A program made the translations under genes and the position numbers. Shown here one piece after another: positions 25,300 to 38,700 of a DNA stretch of 64,000 bases. Location: NCBI GenBank assembly GCA_002633005.1, contig NMRA01000031.1:557411-621410 (forward strand). Reading direction: 5' to 3'. The stretch comes from Phoronis australis. Lineage: Eukaryota > Animalia > Phoronida. The notes below the pieces were generated by a model. It did no database searches. It was not told where the DNA came from and was given only the letters and a program-made list of their open reading frames with translations. Position 1 is the stretch's first letter. Each line of letters opens with the position of its first letter.

Positions 25300-28200
25300 T
25301 TATGGACAATACGCGCCCCTCATTTCCGCAACTTTCTTCAGGAAATCATGATGGTTTCCATGAAAATTTTCGTTGTCGATAATAGACCTCCAGCTGACGG
25401 CCAGTTCTGAGACACCAGGCTGCAGAAAAGAACAAAATAAGTTTATTAACAGTACTAGGTATGTGCCACATTTGAAACAATGATGCCTACCTCGTGTTAA
25501 CGTGATTACTAGTATTCACAGAATAATCAAATCATTCAATGATGGATTAAGAGTAAAACGCTTAATTAAGACGCAACCATAACCTCAAGAAGAAAATGAA
25601 CTAAATTTTAACGAGTGTTGAACTGTAAATTCTCCAATGGCCGTGTTGGTTAAAAGCAAAAACGTATTGTGCTGTCTTCAAAACCATCTATCAGTTTGTA
25701 ACAATAAACCAAATTACTCAACAGTACAGTTCATGAATATCTAATCAAACGTATAGAGGACCCCTGATTGACAGGTGCGGACTGTTACTGACAGCAGATT
25801 TATGATCCCCTTTGATAGGTGGCTGGCTGCCCCTCGCAGTCCTTCAGATGTCCAGGCATTGCTTTGCTGCTGTCGTCAAACAACAGATTTCTGTACTACA
25901 TCCTCTCCTTCACTTTGAAAAGTTAGTGTAAACAATTTGTGAATTCAAATGTCAATATCTTGTGGTCAGGAGACGTGACTCATGCACATGTGAACAAAAT
26001 GTAGTTTTGACTTGTTATGCAGAACATGAATTTTTGCCTTGGGAGGGAACCATCACACAATTGACCTTAAAGTTGAACACAATTGACCTTAAAGTTGACA
26101 GCTGATAATCTGAAATTACACACTGCATTCCAAGACGCCAACCAGCAAACTTACATCGAACAAAATCTGATCGAGTGTATCCCCAGTGTTGTCGTGGAAA
26201 TTAAGCACAGTGGTCTCAATCCAGGCATTGTCCGTATTTCTTGGGTCATCAGCGTACCCTTCAAACACCTGTCAATGAATAAACCATGATTATCCACAGG
26301 ATGGATTGCTCGTCTTCACTTTTTAAAGGCTTCAACTCTCAAAAAGAAAATGGTTTCAATTAAATTAATGTATCCAAAAAACAAAACGTTTTACTGCATG
26401 AGAAATTAGAAATAACTTAAAATTCCATTAATAAAGAAATAGACAAGTCATATTATACTATAAATTTGTAACTTGCAAGTCTCAAGAACATAAACTGGCC
26501 ATAAATTTGCCTTTTAAGTCTGAATTGCCATTTATTTGAGTTAGTGTGCGGTCATTTACAGGAGTAAGTACAGCTGACTATAGGTTAAAATTAGAATTCG
26601 TAAGTAGTTCATCACAACAGAACTATCATGAAGTCGAAAAGCTGCAAAAGTAGACTCCTTATGTTGCAATTATCTTTGTCAATAACTACAACTTTAGAAT
26701 TCAAAGAATTAACAGTACCTGGGATAACAAAAGTAATCAAAGAAAATGACCCAGAATTTCCTGCCGAACACAAGTAGTGTTCAGCGACACTAGCTATCCA
26801 CCACAGTTAGGAACGGCAGAGAATTTACAGTCAAATGGTAAAAAGGGTGTAGACAGAATGACAAGCCACTACCAGTTCACAGTTAGTGGAATAAGCTGTC
26901 ATGAAATGAAAATTGAATTTCATCCGATTACTTAAAATGAGATGTACTCCATTCTACATATTGGTCATTTTTTACAAGAAGGGGCTCTGCTACAAACGCA
27001 CAATCCATGTAAAAAAAATCTTCTGATTTTGATCACTTAACCTTATGAACTACATCTCAAATTGTTCCATAGTCAAATTAAAGTTGGTTTTTTCAAAGTT
27101 TCAGTTGTTATTGCTCAAGACCAGGCTCTGCAAGTTGGCTTGTCATGGCGTGACATTTTATGATTTCTATGAATTATGAACTGCCAGTTTTTGCAATCCC
27201 AGAAATTACTCCTCGTCTTAATAAGGAACAAGTTGAGGTCAACTTTATGGCGATGAGGGGTCTACAAATCAAAAGTTGGATATTGGACGGAACGCGGGTT
27301 TAAGTTAAGGCCTTCCTTTATATAAGTGGATTTCTTTGCATTTATTGCACAGTTCGGGAAGGTATTACTTAAAAGGATATCAAACCCAGTTTTGGGTCAT
27401 CAACAGATCTCTGAAAGAAAAAAAATGCTCTCTAACTCTCGACAACCCTCAAAAGTTTGGAGGAAAATTTGAAAAATCCTTTCAAAGTCTGCTAAACGCG
27501 AAGCGTGTCCTATGCTTTTAGCGAATTACATGGCCAACATGGGAAAAGACCACCCATGAAGGAGCATAATGTCCAATCTGTGACATAGGGAGCATGAGTT
27601 TTTTTAATTGATTCTTGCCTTTAACTTGGAAGATTAACGCCAATGATGCATTGGCAGGTGACAGAACGTGGACTGGTGGAAATCAACAAAATGGGGTTTA
27701 AAATCCTTTTAAGCAGCAACACAACAAAAGACGATTTAAACACTCAAACACGTCACATGATAAATGAATCAGAAGTAATTTTTATGCACGATACTGCCGC
27801 GTCACTGCACAAAAGCAGTAAACAAAGAGCAGCTGATACATTCACCAGTACCACGGTGGACATAGGTATCTGCCGCGGATACCAGAACATAAATACCAAG
27901 TGAGTAGATTTGCTGCTGATTGAATCAACACAGTGACGCAGATGAAAATCCAGTAATAAGCCTGGACTTGCATTACGTTTGGGAATTCATGACTTATGTG
28001 TGGTCAGATTGAAGCTTTTCAAGTATTATAGGAACTAAATTTACATGTTGTGGTATATCATTCAAGGTAGGCTTTAATGGAAATGTCTTTGCAACAGCAT
28101 CTGACACTGTGACAACTTCACATTTCTACCAATTATAAAACAGAATGGCCCATTAAACATACCATGTCTCCATGCTTGAGAAATTCTAAGATCTTGGCCT

Positions 28201-31200
28201 CGGCTTCAGACCTTCTCTCGTCAGTGAACAGGGTGGCCATCACCTTCTCGTCCAGGATACGTATAATACTCTTGCTCACCTCTTCACCAGGACTCAGCAG
28301 GTGCTGTAAACAACAAAATGCATGATTATCACTGACTCATATTCTGTTTTCATTCAGATATAATTTCCATTTTCCATGAGTTAATTTCACCCAAAAAGTA
28401 GATTTATAGCAACTTGCAAATTTTGTTGACAACATGAGTCCCAAAATCCCGAGGTGTTACAATATACTGACTCTCAATGTCCCTAACAATTGAGATTTCA
28501 ATTATATCACAAACTTTAATACTACAACATCTGTCGGGCAGATTCAACACATTCACGTCTTGGAAGACTCGAGTCATCCATGAATCGTTTACCTGACCGA
28601 GCACACTGTCACATGTACGCATGGCAGAAAAACGGGTAGTAATTCAACGAATTACACAATGGTACCGGAGATTTCCGAAAGAACCCCACCAAGAACGAGT
28701 CTCCATGGGTGCTCTTTTGAAAAAAGTTAAAAATGACAGCATGGGGCCTCAGTTTGATACAAACAAGGAATTTTGGGCAAAATGTCATGCTTTTCTGATA
28801 CTACTGAGATTTCAATTCCATTACTTGTTAACTGAGGCATCTCTGGATTTCTCTTATCATCGCCAAGCTGTCAATCAAGTGAAACCTCTATTTAAAAGTT
28901 ACTTTCAAAGGCCATGCTGTGTGTTAATGAGGGTGCTGCGGCCAGCAATACAGGTTTCCAAAAGATCCTCATCACAATGGTGGTGGTTTATACACACAAT
29001 CGGAAAGTTCACTCAGAAATCCCTGGTAGCGTCTGACACAAGATTGAAAAACGTTGAACAAAAAACTTACACCTGGTATAGACCATGACTTGTTGTCAGC
29101 TCTTAATACTGAGATGAACTCAAGAATAGGGAGACTGTTCTTGTAAACATTATTCCCACCAGCATCCTTCTTCCACCTTGAACAAAAACCAAGAAACTCA
29201 ATGGCACACAACACTACCATCACCCCTTTACAGCACTCTTTTAGAGTTGCCTTCAAATTAAATTATAGTTTAACGTATTTGAGAATGGAGAAAAAATTTA
29301 AGACCATTTTATGTGATATTTTATTTTTGTATTTGGTCTGAGGATATGAACGGAACGGAATAAATGATTTTCAATAATGGCAAGTGTTGCGTCTTCAACA
29401 ACTTTTGCATAATGGAAAACATCCCACTCAAGTACAGCAAATAGAGGCAAAATATAAGTTTTCCAGGTGATTTTGTCAATTTGGCATATTTTACTAACTA
29501 CACAATGTTTGTTTTCAACATTTTAGAATTTTTACAAGAAAAAGGAAAAACTAGAACTCATTAGACAATGTAACATTGTTTAATTGGTTTCAACTATTTG
29601 TCCATCTACACTAGTACGGAGAGAATCAGCTGACTTTACCTTGTAACGATAGGGTCCCCTGCCTTGTTGACACCCCACCGCCCGAGACAGCCACGCCCTA
29701 TCAGCCCTGTACGACCTTTAGGGTTCCTCGGTATGCCCTCAATCACTTGGTAGTCTCCAAGGAAACTTTTCCTGTCCACTTTCTTATCATCATCATACTG
29801 GTTAAATGGCAGAGCAGGTCGCGTTTCAGGTGTACTGAAGTGAAAACAGGTAGAATTATGTGACAGAGTGAACTGCACGCTAAATAGTAATTGTTAGGTT
29901 CAGGTTAATACTTAAATTTTTCCCAAAACAATAATTGCTAAAATTTGGTTAACGTGGTTAGCTATGCTGTAATCAAACTTTCAGCATAATGGACAAACTG
30001 GGTGGAGCATGACATATCGTTCTTATCAAACGCATGAATGAATGGACTGAATGATACTGACGTGTGTTCAACTGTCAGGTTTAAAGGCCTAGTAGCACAC
30101 GTTTTTAACCCGGTTAGAAGTTATAAGGAACCAAGCAGTACCTATCCCATAATCAATGCCCAATTTGTACTCAAGGAAAGTTTAAAATAATAGACGTGCC
30201 ACTCATGATTCCGAACAAAAGAACACACCGCCATTTAGAACTAACCGCGAAACCGGAAGTATAATTCATTCAGGAACCCAGGCTTAAGAACGCCGGCTGG
30301 AGCAGTGTCTGTTACAGCCTGCAAATGGGGATAAAATCATCGACAGCAAACCTTAACTTTTAAGTTAATAAACCAAAATAGGGACAATTTGTATTGAAAT
30401 TGCTGACAAAATGTGGCAAATAAATTTTGACAGACATTATTTTGCTGGACTCGGACCTGTAGCTGATGACCCGGTGCTGGCTGAGACCAGCACTGGCAAA
30501 AGGCGAGGGCACACGGTCGCCGGCTATTTTATTGGAATACATGGGTCAANATCATAAGTGTTGTATATTACAAAGGTAGTTTCATACACTTGCATAAAAT
30601 TCCGGACTAGTCACAGTCTTGTGCCAACAATTGAATACCAAGGCCGCTGGTAATTAGACTATATTAAGTGTGCTTTACTTGGAGTATCTCTGGTAAACAA
30701 ACATAACAATGAACATGCATTATCAAAATAATTGAAAAAAATTGCTATACGATTAGAATATCCTGACGACTACACTTGCAAAAATATTCAAAATAAATTT
30801 AGACAGGGATACTAAGATACCGGTGGTCTCCCGCGACTTCCGTCATTCAGGAATCGTTCCTGAACTGATGTACAGGAACTTAGGTCACAGAAATAAACCG
30901 GAGTAGTCAATGATTTTCTGATCTCGGCAGAGTTACAAAACTTGCTCAAAAGGCTTCTAGTTTGATAACAGAAAGGAGATGAACATTTTGCCATGCTACA
31001 TATTACTTAATTTGGTATATATTTTTAGTTTTTAAACTAGATTACCCTTTGAGATAAGGACTTTAAATGATATAATTTAACAATATTTGAAAAATCAGCA
31101 CCCACCCCAATGTGCTTATAAGTCACTGTTATCAGTTAAAAAATAAAAATTGTCAGCATTTCAAAAATGTATTATGTCAAGTCCATTTCACCAGTCAGAA

Positions 31201-32758
31201 ATATTAATCCATCAAAAATTAAATCAATGATACAATGCACTTTTTTACTTCCAAGAAAGAGGAGAGCTGACTTCTGAATATGACTTAATTGTACAGTAAT
31301 ACAAAACAAATTTGAGTGACTTACTATTCATCGCTCATTAAATTGACATCAGCATAGTATGGTTGCTCCAAGACTGCTTGTGTGGTGTACTTGATAGGGT
31401 CATAGCCCAAATACTCATCCTGAAATGGGCAAATCGTACTTTTAATAGAGATATCCACCGATAGACAAGCATCCACAATGGAAGAAGCAGCTGTTCCAAA
31501 AAACAAAACTAAGTGATAAATTGTATCCAACCGGAATGTGAGGTTTTATAGAAGGACTTATCTGAAGGTCCGAGTGGACGCACTACGCACTAGAACAACT
31601 GCAGTACGGATCTTCAGTGAAGTGATGATCTGGCTTATACACGTCATATATAAGCACTTCTCATTTAAAAAGAGACTTTCCCACTTTGTCCCAAACTGAA
31701 ATTTAATATTACAATATAGATAAATATCAACATTTTGTCTTTAAATTTGGTTTGTAATCGATCATTACCCTTCTCGATTACAAACCAAATTTAAAGACAA
31801 AATGTTGATATTTATCTATATTGTAATATTCCATTTCAGTTTGGGACAAAGTGGGAAAGTCCCTTTTTAAATGGGAAGCGCTTACATGTGGATGCTCTAC
31901 TGAATCTTGAATTTATTAGTGAGGTGACGATCTGGCTTGTATGCCTAATACATGTGCATGCTCTACTGAATCTTTAACTGAGTTTCAGGTACTCATTTTA
32001 TCTTCAAAATCTATGAACGTATTTTACGAAATAGGCCAGACTTAAGTTGGTCAGGTCAATATATTTTAACTACTAATTAGCACTTTAATAAATCAAGAAC
32101 AAGAACTTGCCGAAATGACAAACTTGAAATAAATTCTATGGCGCCCTTCTGTCGACGTAATGGGCAGGTCTTCTCATTGCATGCATCTACTATTAGTTAT
32201 AACCTCAGGACACTGTTGGACTCTACACTTACCTGCAGTACGGTTACCTAACATAATCACGCCACTTAAGTTTAATACATTCTTAAGCCTCAGTCGCACC
32301 ACCACTTTGATTTACATTCTTAAGCCTCAGTCGCACTACCACTTTAATTTTTATTCTTAAGCTTCAGTTGCACCACCCGCTTTAATTTACGTTAAGCCTT
32401 AATCGCACCACCACTGAGTTAGACTCTCAACATAACGCATCTTAACAGGTCACAAACATCTCCCACATTCACAAAGAAACGACTGCAGATGCAGCACTCT
32501 CAACAATGCAGCTACAGATTGAAGCAAAATCTGCTTTAGAGTCAGTCACCTAGTTTTCTGATTCGTCAATTGAACTAATCAACGCAGAGTGAGTACTTAC
32601 ATCCCAGAGAACCTTGTCGTCGGGTACTTTGAATCTCGTGAATGCTGTGCCTGGGTAGGGTGAGATGCGAGCCTGATAGTGCAACAAACTCCTCTTTCTC
32701 ATCAAATCCTCCAAGTGATCCTTCTCTCGTTTTAAACGTTCCTCTTTATCTTGTTGTT
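25300..32758 (-). CDS. TRPM2: TRPM2-like gene: seven exons encoding the NUDT9-homology domain
   Basis: [56 protein letters not shown]|[37 protein letters not shown], ends [12 protein letters not shown] at 25300. Confidence 0.9.
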
Positions 32759-35700
32759 CTGTCGACACATTATTATCATTAGTCTAATATGTACAGTAAA
32801 CAATAGGGGTTACACATTGAAATTCAAGAGCCAGCTGAATGCATGTATTAAACATGGTTTTGCTGACAGCAAAAGTATACATTTTCTTCCAACTGGTCAT
32901 GTAAGACCCTAGAAAACGTCCAAATTTGGCTAAGTTCGGAACATCATATCTCATAATTATGAAACTCACGGGCGCTATGCTTAATGCAACGTTCTCCAAA
33001 ACACTGTTGGTAATTTGCTTTAAAATATGCAGCTGCAGTATAAAAACTATGACTTATGATTTCATGAAAAAATGCAAAAAAAAAAACAAAAACAAAACAA
33101 CAAAAAAGACTGGTAAACTGTTACAGCCTTCTTTTTTGATATTTCATCTTGAAATGGAATCTGGTCATGCTGTCGATACCATTGTTTTACTGTCAATGTA
33201 CCGTTCTTTTTTGCTAAATTTTTAAGACATGGTCACCCAACTGATGACAGATTGGTAAAATATCAAAAAATAAATTCTACTGGCTTTCTACCAAATAAAT
33301 AAAAATATTTTTTTCAGTTAAAATCTCGTTTTGCATATATGTGGCTATATACACTGACTTGGGTAAAGTGCTTCATAAACCTTCATCTTAGGAAATGAGG
33401 GGAAATGAAGTATGGCAAAGAAACTTACAACCTTAAAACTTTTAACAGTTTTGTGATATTCTGCAAAAAGCGCTCATTGCTACTAAGCTTTGTCTTAAAA
33501 TGTTAAAATATGATTTTGCCCCAGTTGACACCCAATATTTTGGTATATATAGTTAAATGTGAAAACATTATAACACAGATGCAGCTGGGCAATACTCTTA
33601 TTGATGGAAGAGCGGTACCTATAAAAATGCTGTTCAAATACTTCAATGTGAAAACATCAATATCAGATTCTATCTAGCAACCTTAACGACGTATAGCCCA
33701 ACTAAACTACCCAATAAAAGAAATAACCACCTCCACATTTACTGGATTTTGCGCAAAGCTAACTAGCAAGAAGCAAGCTTCTGATGAGTTTCCACACAAA
33801 ATCAATAATTTTTATTTCAAATGTTCACTGATTCATAAAATATGGGGAAATTGTGATATGTTAAGTTTTTGTTAAATTCAGTGTATAACATCATTTACAG
33901 ACACTCTGCTGCAGTCTGCAACCGTGCACAGGCAAAGGGTTATGCCTGAAGTGTCCACATCTGTGTCAGTTTTACACAGTTAGTTACGAATAGTACATGA
34001 TTACAACAAAAAATCAAAATGTTTTGTTCATTTCAGTCAACATAATGCCATGTTAAAACCTAAATTCTAAACCAGGTCCATGGAAATTGGGAATCACGTG
34101 GTCTCCTAATGATTTTAACGTTGCTGCGAACCTGAGCCACAAATTGTCATGAGGTTTAACACAGGACAACAAGTCCACTGAACAACAAAATGACATGACA
34201 AACAACGAGAATTGATGAAGCAGGAAGGATACTAGGCAGAGACAGCACACTATGCACCATGTTTAAATTCAAAAAATGATTATCTATAAATTGCTATATT
34301 TTATGCTTTAACCATAAGTTGCTTTTAGCAACACTTCCATGACATAATTATACTTTCACGGCAGCCAGTCCTCCTTCCTCATGATCTGAACTCACTAACA
34401 GTGTTCTTTTCCCATGAACAAAACTTTTTTCGCGCAAGTTGTATTCCTTTCTTATTCACCACAACTGAACACATTGCATGCCTCAACAATCATAGGTTTT
34501 TAGTAGCATTTTTTCAGCAACAATTCTATTGATGAGAAAAGAAAGTTGTTAGTGAGAATGCTCAAGTGGTGCGTGAGGGAGGAAGGCTGGATAGTGAATA
34601 TCGGGCTCTGGCTCTAGCAACACTGAACATGCCAAGCACAATAATCTTGCATAATACCTTTCTCAGCTGCAATAAACAAGCGACAAAAATGAATGCAGTT
34701 TATTCACCTATTTATCAGTCATCAACCAATCACAAAGAAATCACAAAGAAATGAATACTTTGCAGCAAAACCGGAAATCTTTACACAACACACACCACCA
34801 AAAACCAGTATGTACTCACTACAAACAACTCAAAGAAATCATACAGAAATGACTAATATTTTACAGCAAAAATTGAAACCTTCATAAAACACACGCCACC
34901 AATGAAGCTCACTTATTATTTTGTAATTAATTCCTGAAACGTAACAGGTATCGTAAACATTCACTTAGTTTCTCTCTTCTGCTTATTTGGCATTACATCA
35001 ACACGATCAACGACATTTGAAACAGTTCCCACACTGTGGAAGCAACAAGTAGCATTTAATGTCCTCGACTGAAAGTCATATTATGCAGAGCTATTTCAAA
35101 AAAGCTTTCTGACTATCTTAAAAAGTTTTTTAATCTGGGCAGTTACAAGTTTAAGGGTAGATTTTCTGTCGCTAACTTATTAAAAGAGCTAGAAACCTAC
35201 TTTGCATCACAAATTTGATGAAGCCAACTTATCATGAAAAATCAAATTAGTCTCAAATTATAGTTATTTAATCAAATTTGAGGTGATGTCAGGGCACCTG
35301 AAGAATGGACAGTTCGTTATTGTGCAAGACAAGTCCCTACAAGTGTCATGCATGTCATTGTATTCGCAGAGCTTGGTCTTATGGAATAACGAACAGCTTT
35401 TTGTAAACCCAGAAATCACTTCCAATCTCACTACGGAATAAGTTGATACCAATTTTATGTTCATGTTACAAATGATTTAAATCAAAAGTTTGTTTCTAAT
35501 TGGACAGAGTGTAGGTTTATAGAAAGTATTTATTATAATTTCATTTTGAAATTAGTTCATTCTGACTTTACCACGACACTGCATTACCATAAGTACTGTG
35601 CACCTAAAAGTGCTCACTAGATAAACTGACCTGAAATTCCTGTCATAAAGGTTGAGTGCAAGCAGTCTATCAATACCAATACTATGCTTTCTGGACACAA

Positions 35701-38700
35701 TTCCAATTATTCTAGTATATTTTTCATAACCAACATTTTAAAAAATTGAGACAATAAAGAATTTACTAGAGAGTTAAGACACTGAAAACACTAGGCTGAC
35801 TAATCTTATTAGAAAGAAAAGAGTATCAAAATTTTTTCTGAACACTTTTGGCGCACACTACAAGTTAATTAATAGGTACCTTGTAACTTGTCTTGGTCAA
35901 CATCGCGCAGCTGGGGAGGCTCCAACTTCTTGGAGGACAGGTTGTTCTCAAGCAGGGACTGCATGATGAAGTTGAGTGCCTTGGTTGTGTGCTGCATCTG
36001 TAATGAGGTCATGTCAGGTCATGTCAAAGGTTAATGGAGATGGGTCATATGATGAAAGTCCATTATATGACCATGTTAAGGAATAGGGGAAGACACACTC
36101 CCCCACCAAATTACACAACAAATAATTATTTCTACACTACTCCCAGGATATACTGAAATGAATGGTGTAATAAATTCAAGTGAACAAACCTGATTCTCCA
36201 GGTATGTGAGCCTCTCGTCTAATTTCGGAGATATTCCACTCTTTGGGCCATTCTCAGCAAAATCCTCGAAATCTCTGGTGAGCACATCAAGTCTAAAACA
36301 GGAGAAACAGACATTGAAAACCGACGAGTGTAACTTTAAGTACGAGAGGAAAACACTTAACAGCTTAGTTCCTCCTTTTATAATCTGCTCCTAATTGCTT
36401 TTCAGCCTCAAAACTAATGGGAAACTCGTAAAATGAGTAAGTGAGTATTGCTCAGATTTTTATCAATTAAATCTAAAGTAGACAATCAACTGCACCTAAG
36501 AGAATAAACTCTCATGCTCGATTGAAGTTGGGAGACAATAGTTGACAGATCAAGAGGCAGAAGTGTGTTCAAAGTCAAGAGGTTGACTCAGTGGTTACCA
36601 TGGAGACTGACCGAGTGTAAAGTCAATGTACACAGTTATACTGGAGAATGCCATCACCATCACAGAGTTTCAACTACCATCGATTTTAAAGTTTAACAAA
36701 CAAGGAACATGAACAGGGCATGTGGACGACAGAATACCTTTCCTTAGCAAAAGCCACCCTGTTTTCAGTGGTCTCCCCATCCAAGTACTGCGCCTTCCTA
36801 GTGTAATCTTCAGCCTTAGAACTCTCCCACAGAACAATCTGCTTGTCATCATTCTCATCTTCAAATCTCATCTCTACAACACCACAGCACCCATTACTTT
36901 TCCAAGTATTTCACATTAACACTGACTGGACGCATGAAAGTATAATTATAATTGTTTTCTGTTGTAAAGATTTATACTGACTCATTCACAGTTTATTCTA
37001 TCAGCACGGACTTGCTTTAAAGTAGAGCACGCTCAGCAAATAGACAAGTAAGTGGTTAAGTTATCCACGTCGGTTGTTTTTACACAACTACGCAATAAGA
37101 CAACATTGAATGTGCATTCAATCAAAGATTTTATGAAAAATAACCATAGAAGTAATTGTAATAACTCTTTAGTTTATCAATTATACTGAATTGAGTAAAG
37201 ACATTAATTAAAATGACCGTGAATATTATCTATCAGTCAAATTCAAGAGGAAAACATTCAAAGTTGAGTAATTAATGACATTAATTAAGATCAAATATAG
37301 ATACAGATACAGATACAGAGAAACACATCACTACACCTCAAACATAGTTCATACAACAATACTTTCACAACAGTATGTACAACATGCAGAGTCGAGGGCT
37401 ACAAAGAGAGAGGGAGAGAGAAAGAAAGGGGTATAGATGACTACAAGTGTGTTAAGCAACAAGACCAAGATAAGTTCCACACGTCATTAAGATTTAATCA
37501 GGATTCAGTTTCTTTCCTTCCAATTTTCTCATTTCCCATAATTCTCTAGCATCCAATCCTCAATCTCCCATAAGCATATTGTTCTGAGCATAAACCTGGT
37601 CTTTCATTTCCATTTTTCGTTTTTCAGATTTCACAATTTGTCCAACTAATCTACCAATAATCAGAAAACTGTATTTCCCACAAGCAAGTTTGTATTCTGT
37701 GCATAAACCTTGATGTGAGTCGGTTAATAAATACTAAGATATATGGTGAGAATGGGTGAAACTGAACACACAATTCAGCAGATTTATAGATACTCGCAAG
37801 TTTAAGAAAATTTGAACGTAAACTTTAACAAATGTACTTATCACTCACACGAAATCAACAAATTCTGCTAAAAACAGACAGAAATAATGGGAAAAGCCAA
37901 CAGAATCAACTCTCTCATATTCCAGAAACTGCCTCTTGGGGGGTACTCCAACTATTTACTGGCAGGGGAGTGCAGGTGAAGACTCAAGATACCTACCCTA
38001 TATCCAGTACACGAGATATCAATTTTGAACCATGGTCACCACCAAAACATAACCATTTAAAAATGAATCCTACTATTGTAGGAGAAAAATGGACGCTGAT
38101 AACATGCGACCTTTGACTCTCTTCAGCAGCACCCCCCATTCCATTTGTTAGTGAATAGGAGTATTCTCCAGGAAAGTCTCTGTTCACTTACTAAATCCCC
38201 AAAGTCTTTGCTCAGAGCAACGGTAAATGCAAGCTCGGCAAGCAAGGTATGCATGAGACAAAATGATAAAAGGGGGCGCTAGGGGTGGGTGCTCGTAGTA
38301 TTCTAGCACCAGGTGGTATCGCATGAAGTGCCAATGTTTGTCTGTCTCCTCCTGGATTCTGTCAAACGTGTAGCTGTGGAAGAAGAAGCAGTCAGTTTGT
38401 ACGACATCAAAAGCGGAAAGCGAGCTGCCCGAGAAGGACTGAGTGCAAGGAAGCTGACATGAGGTCACTGAGTACAGTGACCTAAGAGGTTCCAGGCTGG
38501 ATTGAGCTGGACTGAGCCGGCATCAGATGGAATGATCTGTCATGTGCTTGAGTTAGTAGGAGCTGGATTTAACCACACAGGACAAAAATGCATTAGTTTG
38601 AGGAATAAAGAGTGAAGTTTATTGGAATAACATCCACTGAGCTCAATGACATCAGCTGCTCAGGAGTGAGCAGACGTGAGCTGACATGAGCTTCAACAAA

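Noticed and set aside
28621-29088. 155-aa plus-strand ORF
   Set aside because: No recognisable domain; lies antisense within a TRPM2 intron; consistent with chance.
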